From Octopus sinensis (lineage: Eukaryota), in the NCBI RefSeq assembly GCF_006345805.1, contig NC_043018.1:13888001-13952000 (forward strand): a stretch of 64,000 nucleotides of DNA, in the 5' to 3' direction. A program made the translations under genes and the position numbers. Shown in pieces: positions 26,631 to 40,365 of the stretch (the stretch's first letter is position 1; each line of letters begins with the position of its first letter). The notes below the pieces were generated by a model, which saw nothing but the letters and a program-made list of their open reading frames with translations, made no database searches and had not been told where the DNA came from.

Positions 26631-26892
26631 CAGGTAATATTGCGAAGCTTGTTGACATGGAGCACAATATGAGTGGACTGGGAAGAAACAATTGGCCACA
26701 TTTTATGCGTTCTCAATGGTCACTCAGAATGAATATTGTATATGTACCGGGCCGATCCCACTATGTGACCCCTTGAGCAAGTGTCTTTATACTATAACCG
26801 CTTTCCGATGAATTATGTCTGTCTTCTAAGCGGATTTATACATATATATATATATATGGTCGTATGTGTGTGCATATGTGTGCGTATATATG

Positions 26893-26943
<51 letters not shown>

Positions 26944-26946
26944 ACG

Positions 26947-27086
26947 CATGGCTCAGTGGTTGGAGCGTCGAGCTTACGATCGTGAGGTTGTGAGTTCGAA
27001 TCCCGGACTGGCCTGCGTGTTGTGTTCTTGAGCAAGACACTTTATTTCACGTTGCTCCAGTTCACTCAGCTGTAGAAATGAGTTGC
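26947..27086 (+). mobile_element. SINE family D head
   Basis: gcatggctcagtggttggagcg...gagttcgaatcccgg (A/B boxes)...ctccagttcactcagctgtagaaatgag. Confidence 0.75.
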
Positions 27087-27213
27087 AAAAATGGGCATTA
27101 CTTGGAACTCCACTCATCTTGTGTAAAGTTCTGTCTGAGGTCCTTGTGATTTGACAAAGTACAAATCCCCGGTAGACACAATCCACAGAAATTAAATACT
27201 GTGCAACGTCTTC
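27086..27213 (+). mobile_element. R4/Dong-clade LINE extreme 3' end (family R4-a) with (AAT)n tail
   Basis: QKWALLGTPLILCKVLS; 3' UTR similar to 49268-49370. Confidence 0.65.
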
Positions 27214-27229
27214 AATAATAATAATAATA

Positions 27230-27285
<56 letters not shown>

Positions 27286-27287
<2 letters not shown>

Positions 27288-27594
27288 TCAAAATACAAAG
27301 ACCTGGAAATAGAGGTAACCAGAATGTGGAATCTGAAAACAGAAACAATTCCTATCATAGTAGGTGCATTAGGCATGATAAAAACATATTCAGACAAATA
27401 CATAACAAAAACACCAGGACTTACAAACACATATAACATACAGAAAATTGCACTACTAGGCACTGCACACATCCTACGCAGAACACTTTCCATACAATAA
27501 CCACCAGAGCATCACAACAAATCACAGCACATACCCAAGGCACACAGAGCTGCGCTCGGTAGTGAAGTGAAAGCACGCTATAAAAATAAAACTA

Positions 27595-27598
<4 letters not shown>
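27286..27598 (+). mobile_element. R4/Dong-clade LINE 3' end (family R4-b), undisrupted ORF terminus
   Basis: SKYKDLEIEVTRMWNLKTETIPIIVGALGMIK...IQKIALLGTAHILRRTLSIQ* (restriction-like endonuclease C-terminus), then a UTR; (AAT)n on both sides. Confidence 0.88.
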
Positions 27599-27682
<84 letters not shown>

Positions 27683-27814
27683 TTAATGATAATAGTAATA
27701 ATAATAATAGTAATGATAGCTGCATCAGCAACATCAGTAGTAGTAGTAATAGTAGTGGTGGTATTAGTAGTAGGAGTAGTAGTAGTAGTAGTGGTAGTAG
27801 TAGTGGTAGTAGTG

Positions 27815-27857
<43 letters not shown>

Positions 27858-27858
27858 A
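27598..27858. repeat. (AAT)n followed by (GTA)n microsatellites
   Basis: Direct reading. Confidence 0.95.
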
Positions 27859-27961
27859 TTTATTTTCTCATGATTTCACTTAAGACGACTAAGGTCATTT
27901 CGAAATACACACACACACACTTACACACACACACACAAACACACATATACACATGTATACA

Positions 27962-27998
<37 letters not shown>

Positions 27999-28659
27999 CG
28001 ATGTGTGCTTGTGTGTGTATGTGTTTGTGTGCGTTTGGCTACAGGTTTTGCAATCGCATTTATCCAATCCTCGGATAAAATACAAAGACTTTGTATTTAA
28101 CGTGGAAGCTGCACGAGGAACGATCGACGTCGACGGAGAGATGGAAGGCGATGGAATGACGACGTCTCTCTACGCCTACGCCTATGGCTTGGCGTGACAG
28201 CTTCTACCGACAGAACAGACAAGATGCAAATCTCTCACTCACGCTTCCTATTCTCTCTGACAAGGAAATGAATAGAATTCAACTGAATTAGATGCACTGC
28301 AACTAAAATCACAACTTGAAATCTCTTTTGAAATTATTAGCTTCATTACATATTCTTACGTGATGTTTCCAGTTTAGGATATAAGTCAGATTTGAAAACC
28401 GAATAAATCACAGACGTATTTTGTTTTCTACCGTAGCACAATCAATGCTACAAAAACACAGGGGAGAGATCAAAGAAGACGACACCTAATAATAATGGTC
28501 CTTTCTACTAAAGGCACTAGGCCTGACATATTAGGGGGGAGGGGCAAGTCGATTACATCGATCCCAGTGTTTCACTGGTGCTTCTTAATTTATTGACCCC
28601 GAAAGGAGGAAAGGCAAAGTCGACCTCGGCGGAATAGATACCGGAATTTGAACCCGTGC

Positions 28660-28815
28660 AGTGTGTTTACGTCCTCGTAACCTAGCGGTTCGGCAAAATA
28701 GACCGACAGAATAATTACTAGGCTTACAAAGAATAAGTCGTGGAGTCGATTTGCTCGACTAAAGGCGTTGCTCCAGCATGACCGCAGTCAACTGTCTGAA
28801 ACAAGTAAAAGAGAG
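28660..28815 (+). mobile_element. SINE family A 3' half, adjacent to a minus-strand family B fragment at 28490-28635
   Basis: Tail motif ctccagcatgaccgcagtcaactgtctgaaacaagtaaaagag. Confidence 0.75.
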
Positions 28816-28829
28816 TAAGGCAGTAAGTA

Positions 28830-29110
28830 TTGTTGTTGCAGAAAATGTGGGCGTTGATGTCAAGAAAAAGAAATATAATGGGAGTAACAAAAGAAAATGT
28901 CCATAGTGGAAAAGAAGAATAGAGGCTGGGTTAGATATGCTCTCGAAGGAGATTTCTATGTTAGACCGAAAATAGAAGGGAGAGCTTAAAGGCGAACAAA
29001 AATACTGGGCACTGAACAGGAGGTACGATGTTGAAAGAAAAGGCCCGAAAGTGGTAATGGAAGAACTAGAACAGCGCCTCGTCGCAAAGATAGTACGACA
29101 GGACTCTTGA
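28830..29110 (+). mobile_element. R4-clade LINE pre-RT fragment
   Basis: CP*WKRRIEAGLDMLSKEISML..GELK..LNRRYDVERKGPKVVMEELEQRLVAK. Confidence 0.65.
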
Positions 29111-29129
29111 ATGTATATACTGGTTGCAA

Positions 29130-29640
29130 AGTGATCGATGCCCAAATTAGAACTACACCCGAAAAGAATGTTTGGAGCGATATGAAAGGTGACATCTATC
29201 ATGAAGTTTTAAACGAAAATGAAACAGTTAATGCGGAGAAATATTTACAGTAATTGGAAACATTGCACAAAAATTGACAGCGCTCATGATTGGTTAATCG
29301 TAAAAATGATTCTGCCGAAAACCGTTAATCCAAGAGCACATATTAACGCAGTCACTCGGCAGAAGATTATTGCAGTAAATATTGAGATTTTGAGTCCCCG
29401 TTCTTACTTTCCCCACCTTAATACACCTGACAACCATCTGTTAAGATCATTGCATCGTTATTTTGAGGTAAAAGAGTTTATGAATTGTGTGAAGAGCTTA
29501 AAAATGATAAAGAGTGTTTCTTTGCTTAGAAACTTGAAGAATTTATCGCCCTGGTGATCATCGATTTGCTAAGCAAATCGGATTATATTATCAATAATGA
29601 AGGGAAATATCATCTTGATTAAATTACATTAATTACGACC
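29130..29640 (+). mobile_element. Decayed mariner catalytic and C-terminal fragment
   Basis: PKLELHPK..IYHEVLNENETVNAEKYLQ*L..NPRAH..TRQKI..PDNHLLRSL. Confidence 0.7.
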
Positions 29641-30439
29641 AAAATATTACTTGTTTCTTTCCCATCTTGGAATGAAACCGAACTATCTTTCCCACCTTGT
29701 ATGTATTGCTATGTTGGACAAGACCAATAACAAACAATGTGTAGGCGTAGATATTACAATAATGTTAATGAATGAAAAGACAGATCGTAATAAATATAGA
29801 ATTTTTTCTTTACTTCCATATCAATACATGCAACAGAACAAACACGGTGGTCCTGAATATTGAATCTGTCCATTCAAGAATCTTTTATTCCAATTACTAA
29901 TCTTTCAGTTTAGAATTTTCACTGAAATTCTTTGACGTTGCGTGTTTGCTATAAAAATTATCAATGTACGATATACGAGAAGGAGTACAATTACAACAAC
30001 GAATAATGCTTTATCTAAATTGCCAATAAGAGTTTACAATAGAGATTGTGAACGATACACGACTCTAGAATACAAAAGAATGCATTCCATGAAGGTTTGT
30101 AAGCAGTAAAAATATAAACGAATACACGAAAAATTCAGACAGGAAAAATACACTCAAATGTGTGATGCAGCTTCAAGGCTTTCAGCCACAAAGGAAGGAG
30201 CATCAAACCAACAAACCAACCAAACATGTGTGATCTTGGTGGTCCTAATGAATGTTATATGACAAAATTTCAATAGTTAGCGACTTTAAAACTGTATACA
30301 AATAATCGCACGTGCGAAACGACGGACGCTTAGCTAATAAGAATAATAGTAATAATGAGGATAATGAAATTATTTATGGATCTGCTAAGACAATTGAAGC
30401 CAGTTGTAAGCCTCAAAAAAATAAAAAACAAAAAAACAA

Positions 30440-30640
30440 AAAACAAAGAAATACAGTCCTGGGAAGAATTCCAAACTGGAAAAGTATAATTGAAGAAGAG
30501 GTTGAAATGATAAGAGGTGAAATATCAATATTAAAATAACTAATTTGTGGAAACGATGTCAGCTCCAAAAAAGGAAGAGAGATGAAGAGAAAATATAGAT
30601 TCTCACCAAGAGAAGAACTGTTTCCAACAAAAGAAACATT
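30440..30640 (+). mobile_element. R4-clade pre-RT fragment
   Basis: IPNWKSIIEEEVEMIRGEISIL, the same motif as at 28830. Confidence 0.45.
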
Positions 30641-31490
30641 GCAAATGGAGCGCCTGACCAACGGAATCCGTCCATTCTATAAGAGGCGGAAAAACAAACG
30701 CTCTAGCTTGACCTGGTACGAACTGGGGCAAGGCACGACGGTGAGGCGGTAGTAAATGACTAAGGCGATCTATGTGTTCGCCACCTCTGCCTGAACTTTC
30801 AAAGATAGCTTCCTCTGGCTACCCTGCTCGTCACCTCGCTCCAGTTCTTCTCCAGTTTGGAGATCCGGTCCAAACCAGACCCCGAGAAATTTTACGGGCC
30901 CGACCGTCCAAAGTCCTACAACACTGTCGGTCGGCATGGATCCCCCTCTCCAGGTGCCGCGCTGCAGATCCACCGATTTTCTGGATTCAAAGTCCTACAT
31001 GCAAGGTTTCTTAACTACCCTATCCACGATGTAGTGCATGAGGTGGAGGTTGTCCTGGATGGACCTGTTTGGGACAGTACATGTTTGTGCATCTCCAATC
31101 AGTTTCTCGTCGGCGCGTGCCAACCTCTTCACTAACAAATTAGTCAAAATGTTCATGTCTGCATTAAGGAGAGTGATGTGCTTAAAATTATCTAATACCC
31201 CGCTTGTTTGGATCCTTTCTCAGCAATAGCACTACTTCTCGGCTCACATATTTGGGAATTCTCTCATTCTGTTGCCAGCTGCAGTACATATCTGCCAAGA
31301 GGCCTGGCAGACCATCTAATCCCGGCGATTTGTCCCCGTGCAGCCGATCATCTCGTCCTGTATTTCCTCAATTGTTATCGGCCTTTCGCAACACTCTGCA
31401 TCTCTAGCTGAGAGTCGTGACAGACCATTGAGGTAGGCAGTGAAATCGATCCTGCGATCTGTCCCACCGTTCGTACCGAACAATATGCTG
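30640..31490 (-). mobile_element. Tx1/L1-clade LINE ORF2 remnant, same family as 18205
   Basis: AECCERPITIEEIQ..KSPGLDGLP..DNFKHITLLNADMNIL..GDAQTCTVPNRSIQDNLHLMHYI, then a deletion, then WTVGPVKFLGVWFGPDLQ..LSLKVQAEVANT..LTVVPCP. Confidence 0.88.
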
Positions 31491-32823
31491 GAACTAGGAC
31501 AAGTTTGCTGTTGAGTGCTGTTTTGCTACGTCTTCTGTAGCAAATCTGACTTCAATTGTGCCATTTTTCTTATCCCCCGACAAATATGTCACCTCTTTCC
31601 AAATGTGCTGCTAGCATTTTCCAACTGCTTGCTTCGTGGCGGTTTCTGAACGTCTGTTTTTTAAAGATATTGTTCTGTACTCTATGGTATGTTTGTTTGT
31701 ATTGTCTATAATATTTGCTGGTGTGTTCATCGAAACACATCGTTCGCCTTTTTCTTTTTAACATGTTTCGGTAGTGTTTGAGAGATTCTACAAAAACATT
31801 AATGAATTCAGTTCTAAGATTTGTCATTGAAGGAAAAACCTCGGCTGTTTAATGCGTTGGATTATTGTTGTTGTTGTTGTTGTTTTTTGTTCAACGTGTT
31901 AGTGTTGGTGGTGGTGGTAGTGGGAGGGCTTGGAGTCACAGGTGTTGCGACGCTGGCAGCTGAATTCCTTGGCTCTTTTCCTCTTCCTTCTCGCGTTTCT
32001 TTTCTTCTCTTTCCTTCTGTTGCTCAGCGTTGCACGTGCTAGCAAGACTTTCTGCCTTTTAAGGCACGGAGTGGGTGGAGACATTTAATTTTTAAACTTT
32101 TTTAGCTGTTTTACGATAGCAGAGGGAGGAGGTCAAAAAGAAAGGAAGAGCTGACACTCTTTGCCAAGGACATTTTGCAAATTTAAAAATTGAAAAATGA
32201 AAAAAATATAGAATTTAAATTGAAAATTCTTTCCAAAAGGGTAAAGATGTCTCAGAGAAATCCATATAACATTTCGTGATATGATGAGGGATTACATGCA
32301 GGCGTAAAAATAGTAATATAACAAAACAAATAATCAAGTAAAATCAAACTTTCATAGGATTCTCGTAGAAAACCCGAGAAAATCAAAATCCTTAAACACT
32401 TGGAAATTACCGTCTCCTCATAATCCTCCTTCAATCCACAAGTATAGGCTTTCAGCAGGCCTGTCTGCTCAAAAAATAATGTTCGTCCACCTCTAATTAT
32501 CGGTAATATAGCCAGATACCTGCTGCTATGGTTTCCTAAATATGCTAAATATGATCTTTTATATATACATATATATATGTATATATATATGTATGTATGT
32601 ATGTATATATATATATATATATATAATATTATATATATATATTATATATATATATATATATAATATATATGCATATATGTATATGCATATATATACATAT
32701 ATACGTATATCTACATATACATGTATATATAGACATATATATATATAGGTACATATGTAAATACAGATACATGTATATATACATATACATACACACACAC
32801 ATATATATATATATATAATATAT

Positions 32824-32871
<48 letters not shown>

Positions 32872-32953
32872 AACCCGCGAGTTGTGCTGAAATCTTCTTG
32901 GGTATATATGTATGTGTGCGTGTGTGTACAGAGAGAGAAACATATAAACAGAC

Positions 32954-33041
<88 letters not shown>

Positions 33042-33600
33042 CCTTTCTTGATCAGGCGGTGCTATTAAAAATGCAATAACAGAATTTTTTCTTGTAAAGT
33101 CTAAAAAGTGAGGCACCTTCGAATGGTACATGAAACTTTGTTATGGACCAAGGTCTTTTGCAACTAGATATGAGGAATGGGGTCTGACTGAGTTTTCTCA
33201 GAGATAGCGTTTTTTTAGATGTGATTAAATAAATGTTAGTTTACAGACGCCGTTAAAATGCTATAGGTTTTGGTATCCTCACTTCTCAGATTTTTAGTCT
33301 TTTAACAAATATTGCTGATGTTGATGTAACACACTAATGTCATATTGAAATTATCGATCTTCCAATTTACTATAATTGTTTTTTGTTTTGTTTTTCATCC
33401 ATCCCACCTGCTACGAGAGAGGAAGAGAAACAAAGGGAGATGGAAGAGCGGGAAGGAGATTGCCAGAGAGTGGAGGACATGCGTAAAGGTGTGTATGAGT
33501 AATCGATTGCAAAGAATCCGTACAGAATGAGGGAGAGGAGGAGGGAGGGAGCGGAAGAGAGGGAAAACTGAGACAGAAAAGGCAGATGGATAAAGAGTGA

Positions 33601-33635
<35 letters not shown>

Positions 33636-33733
33636 GGAGAGAAAAATGGAAAGAGTCAGGGAGAAGAGAAATCAGATGTATTCCATTGTAGTAGATTTGT
33701 GGTAGGTATTTTGGTATGCATCCCTATATACAC

Positions 33734-33810
<77 letters not shown>

Positions 33811-34397
33811 CATATATATGTTTGTATATGTTTTTATATGTATGTACATGTATTATCTTTCATTTTGACATATCACACACATACGTATGTACATACATAC
33901 ACACAAATATACATATATAAACATATATATGCACGTACAGATTGGGAAGAGAGATGGAAATTGAGAAGATAGACACAGATGATGAATGATGCAATAGAAT
34001 AGTGTTCCATTAAAGTAGTGTCTAACTGAGATGGACTCAACAAAAGAGGGAAAGAGATAGACAGAGGCAGAGAGAGAGAGAGAGAGAGAGGCGAAGACAA
34101 AGAGATACAAAGAAATAGACTCAGATACAGATATAGAGATAGATAGATAGATAGAGAGAGAGAGGGGGGCAGGATGAGAAAGAAAGAGGGATGTAATGAG
34201 AGAGTGGGAGCAAGAAATGTATCAGTACAACATTGTTCTGTCTGTGTGCTGAACATAAAAAAAAACTGTTTCAATCAATTAAATCGACTGAAGAATGAAA
34301 CTGAGCGAAGCTGGCTTCAATCATATTAAGAAGAAACATGCCTACACATTAACACACGCATTCGTACACGGATATTCAATCACATACGTATATACAT

Positions 34398-34442
<45 letters not shown>

Positions 34443-34608
34443 ATATATATGTATATGTAGGTATATATATACATACATACATATATATATATATATACAT
34501 ACATATTTCCATATATATATAAACATATATATATGCATATATATATACCTACATATACATATATATACATACATACCATATATATATGTTCATATATATA
34601 TATACATA

Positions 34609-34699
<91 letters not shown>

Positions 34700-34751
34700 T
34701 GTGCACTAGCGTACTTTTGACTTTACAGGTTTCCGGAAATGAAAATACTGA

Positions 34752-34797
<46 letters not shown>

Positions 34798-34818
34798 ATA
34801 TATAAACACACACACACA

Positions 34819-34900
<82 letters not shown>

Positions 34901-35721
34901 ATATGTATATATGTATATACACACACATGTGTACATTTTCTCTCTCACATATACTGAAACATCTGAACTTGTCTGGACTCACACAATTCAGTCTTTTAGT
35001 GTAAATTTGTTACTTGAATTCTGTAAAGTGCTTAAATTAACATCAAAGACAAATATACTTGCATCAATGCACAAACATACACATACGTCTGTCTGTGGGA
35101 TATGTGTGTCTGTGTGTCTGTGTACGTGGCGTGGGGGGGGGGCATCACAATTACAGCAATTTAAAAGCTAATAACAGCTACAGAGTTAGAAACATATGAT
35201 AGAGTTGCTGCATGTTTAACTTTATACAATCCTTACACAATCTCAAACGAGATTTCTATCCATCGGGAAATTATTTGAGCTCACAACAAACGAGCGGTAA
35301 GTAAAACTATATTAGTCAAACTTACGATAACAACATAATACATTGTCTCTTTATTAGAATGAGTTTCAAGGCAAAACTTTTAACGATTCAACGATATGTA
35401 AAAGAAGAAAACGTCAAGAAATATGGTCTTCTGTTCCACTCAGTCACGGTGTAAGTATGCTTGTCGCAAAGAAATTCCTTTATTTCTTGAATAACAATTT
35501 CCCAAAGAATCACCAATTTTTTGAAATATTTCAATAGAATTAAATCGAAATTTTACAGTATTCAGTTTTCAACAGAAATTATAAAGTTTTGAAAATTGGA
35601 AACAACATGCTAAGTCTAATATTTTCTGCATATGTGGTTTCTATAATTCCTAAATCGGCAATTATAGAATCAAGGTTTTTTCGAAATCTTAGAAACAGGG
35701 TAACCATAATTGTAATGTTTG

Positions 35722-36145
35722 CTTTAGTGGTAAGAAGCTTGCTTTCCAATTACTTGGTTCCGAACATAGATCCTTTATGTGACATCTTTGGCAAGTGTCT
35801 TCTACTATGGCCTCGAGCCGACCAAAGCCCTGTGAATGGAGTTCGTAGTCGGAAACTGAAAGAAGCCCGTCGTATATATGTATGTATATATATATATATG
35901 TGTGTGTGTGTGGTGTGTATGTGTGTGCGTGGGGGGGGGGTCTGTGTTTGTCCACCGCCGTCGCTTGACAACCGATGTTGGTGTGTCTACGATCCCGTAA
36001 CTTAGCGGTTCAGCAAAAGACACTGATAAAATAAGTACTAGGCTTACAAAGAATAAGTCCTAGGGTAGATGCCTTCGATGAAAACCCGTTAAGGCAGTGC
36101 TACAGCATGGCTGCAATCAAATGACTGAAACAAGAAAAAGAATAA
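35722..36145 (+). mobile_element. SINE family A
   Basis: Head, central microsatellite and tail present. Confidence 0.8.
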
Positions 36146-36904
36146 AAGAATGTTGCTTGGTAAAGAAAGTCCAAAAAGTTAAGGTTCAGAAATGACGTGC
36201 TTTTGTCGTCCCAAATTAAACTATTTTGAATTAGGATGTAGATGAAAATCATACATTTGCGTAACATTAAACCTCTCCGTTCCAAAAAGAAAAAAACTGT
36301 CATCGGTTAACATGAATAAATAATTCGTTTTCTCTTGTCATTTATGAAAAGTTAAGCTTGCTAACGACAGATAGCCTTAAGCAATGCAGTTCTGACTGAA
36401 TAGAATAAAATTTGTACAGTTAACGCGTTTATTCAACGGATTTTGTAGTTTATCCCAGAGATAAATAAATAAAAAATGTCTTATTTATTAAATAGATTGC
36501 AAAACTATGTGTAAGACGTGAAAATAATAGTTAGATGTACGTAATTTTTCAGCTGAAGATTAAATTATTTATATTTGTCATAATATATCAAAAAGATATA
36601 AGCATGATATACAAAATCTACCTAAATATTATTATGTGCATATGTGATCTTTTACATTCGGTTGTTTCAGACAATTGATAGATTACTGGTCTTAAGGAAC
36701 CAACGGACACTTTAATCCTATTCAAACGCACAAGCATCACATGCCAATATTTCCATATCGATGATATCTTTATGATATATTAGCAGTAATACAAATTGTT
36801 GATCAGGTAATTACTTTTACTCTTTCTCAGGAGCCACATTCAAAGTGTTATTAGACATATGGAGATTTACTCCTCCTGTGTGTGTGTATTTTATAAGAAA
36901 ATGT

Positions 36905-37290
36905 AATAACCAACCACATGGTTCTGGGTTCAATCCCACTGCGTGGCATATTGGCCAAGTGTCTTCTGCTATAGCCCCGGGTCGACCAATGCCTTGTGAG
37001 TGGATTTGGTTGACGGAAACTGAAAGAAGCCTGTCGTATATATGTATATATATACATGTATGTGTGTGTGTTTGTGTGTCTATGTTTGTCCCCCTAGCAT
37101 TGCTTGACAACCGATGCTGGTGTGTTTACGTCCCCGTCACTTGGTGGTTCGGCAAAAAGAGACCGATAGAATAAGTACTGGGCTTACAAAAATAATAAGT
37201 CCCGGGTAGAGTTGCTCGACTAAAGGCGGTGCTCCAGCATGGCCACAGTCAAATGACTGAAACAAGTAAAAGAGTAAAAAAAAAAGAGTA
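36905..37290 (+). mobile_element. SINE family A
   Basis: Head, central microsatellite and canonical tail present. Confidence 0.85.
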
Positions 37291-37419
37291 ATTGAAATAG
37301 AAAAAGATGAATTTCATACACGAGCTTCTGTATGCTTATTATATGACAATAATAAGTGAGATGTTATTTTAGATATCAATACAGTAATGGCAATGGTCGC
37401 CACGGAGCTGTAACGAAAG

Positions 37420-37670
37420 AGAATTGCCCAACGTGGCGCACAGTGGGACTGGACCCAAGGCGATATGGTTGGAAAGCAAGTTTCTCAACCACACAGCCAC
37501 GCCTATAAAGGAGAGATACATTTTTGGATGATACACTCTTTTCTACTTTCGGCACAAGGCTCAACATTTTGAGGGAGGGGTCCAGTCGATTAGATCGACC
37601 CTAGTACGCAACTGGTACTTAATTTATCGACCCCGAATGGATGAAAGGCAAAGTCGACCTTGGTGGAATG
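37420..37670 (-). mobile_element. SINE A head plus SINE B 3' fragment
   Basis: Reverse-complement matches to the fuller copies. Confidence 0.7.
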
Positions 37671-38099
37671 GATGATATACTCCTTGACGCAAAATGCTTA
37701 AAAAGATGGGAATTTTGATTTTAATCTTTACTCGAGCAACACAAAAACTAACAACGCTACACCATTTGGGGTGTTCCAGAATTACCCGTTTCAATGAAAT
37801 TGAGCAAATTATTAAAAAACTGACAGAATTTTGTTTATTAGCTAAACATATAGATTTATAAATCTGATGTCAAAACTTATTGAAATTTTTCAACATGTCT
37901 GTATCTTCAACCCCCTCCTTAGCGTTATGAAACACATTTAGAAGCATTTGAGGAGTTAGCTCTTGCATTGATAACATTTTGTAATCTTTAAGCTCAACTA
38001 AACGATTGCTCCATCTTGGGCATGGAGATAAAGAAAATGATTTGTGCCAAATTGAAAACAAGCTGTCATGGAAGAGTCCAACAGAAATGGAAATAAAAT

Positions 38100-38560
38100 T
38101 ATAAGCACAATTCAAAATTTATACACTTTTAACACATCTTAAACATGAATAAAAGTGAGTTTTAGACACCATGTATTTTCTCGTCCGATGTTGCAATAAT
38201 ATTTGTTTCGATACACGATGTCATGTCAAGAATCTTACAAACGAATTAGAAAACGATTTAAGATCTTTGTTCTTCCTGAAATGTAAAGGTCTTATAACCC
38301 AAGTAGTATGGTTATCCTGCTCAAGTTTTTCATTACATGTTTGATCTTGAGCTATTTGTTTTCGTCATGTCACCTTCACGGGTGTTCTTCAGTCAATGAG
38401 ACACCCTGTTGCTAAAACAGGCAACAACATCACTACAGCCATCGTCCTCACTTGTTTTGATGCAAGTTAAGGCCCGTTTTCGTCTTCAATATCTCAAGCT
38501 CCAACTTTCATTCTTTGTAATGAAAGCAGCTGTCTTTTACTTCATCATACAACTTGCCAC
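38100..38560 (-). mobile_element. Very decayed mariner N-terminal half
   Basis: Weak motifs KVGA*DIEDE, TWVIRPL, IIATSDEK (compare IVTGDEKW). Confidence 0.4.
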
Positions 38561-39264
38561 TTTTGCTATCGAATAATTAGTATTATATACTTTGTGTACC
38601 TCTCCATGGAACAAGACATTTTCAAAGCGACATGGGTCAGTAATCCCATTAAAGCAGAAAGACATTCTAACTTATTAGTATGCGGAAAGATACGACAGCT
38701 TGTTTTATGTTCGAGATATAACTATAAAGAACGCGAAAATCTTCTAGTCATTCTGAAAAAGGATTCTGCAAGGTCAGGTATTAATCCGATGTTTTTAAAA
38801 TATCATTAATTCATATTTACAAAAATGAACGAATAAATCCGAAGCTAAGAGAGATTAAGAATTAGCGTTCAATAAAATTTCGAACAAATCTTATGGTTAA
38901 CATCTACTTCACAACTGTTCTGATATAAACACTTACCTCAGACTTGGGTAGAACTTAATACCACCAGGTGGAAAAAGCACTGAAACGAGTTTGTTTCGAA
39001 CGAATGAACCCACATAATGTATCCATAGGGTTATACTAAAGGGTACAGTGGTGGAAGGGGGCTCGAAGCAAAACCCGACCCCCCACTTCATTCTTTGTGT
39101 GTTTGTTTTGCTTATCATTTGTTTATCATTCGATCTATATAAACTTTTAACTTTTCACCTTTGTGTAAAATCCTTACGTACAATCGACCCCTCCCCTATT
39201 TGTTCCGTCCCTCTATGTTTGGCTCCCCGTGGGCAATAAAGAACTCTTGTTACAATCATCTGAA

Positions 39265-40365
39265 ATGTAACTGTCTAAGTGCGAGATTTCAGCAAGTTTG
39301 CTATTCAACTTCCAAAAAAGGATGTAAAGCAACTGAAACTGCTCGCGACGTCAGCGAAACGTTTGGTGAAGAAATGGCCATTGAGTGGTCAATTCGAAAA
39401 TGATTGAAACGATTTCGCAGTGGAGACCTGAGCCTTGAAGATCGTGAGCGTAGTGGACGTCCATCTGTTATCTATCACAGTCAATTAAAGAACGTCATTG
39501 TAAAATATCCATGTAAAACCACTGGAGAAATGGCAAAAGAACTTCAAGTTAGCCAGAAAAAGACTGCAACCATTTGCATATGATCGGAAAATCAAAAAAG
39601 CTCGTCAAATGCGTACCACACGATTTGAATGCAAATTATAAAAAGCGCAGATATGAAATTTGCTCCTCACTTCATCTCTGTAACCAGATAGATCCATCTC
39701 TCGACTGTATTGTAACTTGCGATGAAAAGTGGATTCTGTACAATAACAAAAAACGTTCTTCGCTGTGGTTGGACCAAAATGAAACTCCGAAAAGCTTCCC
39801 TAAACACGAGCTCTTCAAAAAAGGTTATGGTGACTGTTTGGTGGTGTAGTGCTGGACTCATCCACTATAAATTCTTAAAACCCGGAAAAACCATTACTAA
39901 AGAAACATTGCCATAGAATTGCCAAATTAAACGAAACATTGTAACTCTTCCATCCCAGACTGGTTAACAGAAGAGGGCCAATCCTTCTTCAGGACAATGC
40001 TCGATCACACGTTTCACTTATGACACTCCAGAAGTTGTGCGAACCTGGCTACGAAGTTCTTCCCCACCCAGCTTATACCCCTGACCTTTCACTTACCGAC
40101 TACCACTTTTTCAACCACCTTGATGTTTTCCTGCGAGAGGAAGAGTTCAAAATCAAACCGATGCTGAAAGTGCGTTCAAGGAGTTCATCAGCTCCAGAAC
40201 TCCAGATTTTTATAGTACCGGAATAAACAAACTTGTAACTCGTTGGAAAAAAATGTGTCAATTGTAATGGTACAAACTTTTATGAATAAAATTTCCGCAT
40301 TGCTGAAATATTTTGTGATAAATTTCATATTTCAAAACATTGCTGACTTTTTACTCAGCCTGATA
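39265..40365 (+). mobile_element. mariner (DD34D) transposon, near-complete pseudo-transposase with right TIR
   Basis: RFRSGDLSLEDRERSGRP, CVPHDL, IVTCDEKWILYNN, QDNARSH, HPAYTPDLSLTDYHFF; ends actttttactcagcctgata; several stops and frameshifts. Confidence 0.93.

Noticed and set aside
26947-27020. tRNA-like sequences at SINE heads as tRNA genes
   Set aside because: They lack a complete cloverleaf and continue into SINE bodies; no rRNA, tRNA gene or CRISPR array is supported in the window.
28050-28197. ctacag acceptor followed by a short ORF (VLQSHLSNPRIKYKDF...)
   Set aside because: No recognisable domain and no partner exons.
24833-28271. Shared 16-mer tctgacaaggaaatga at 24833 and 28256
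   Set aside because: Roughly one exact 16-mer match is expected by chance in 64 kb of AT-rich DNA.
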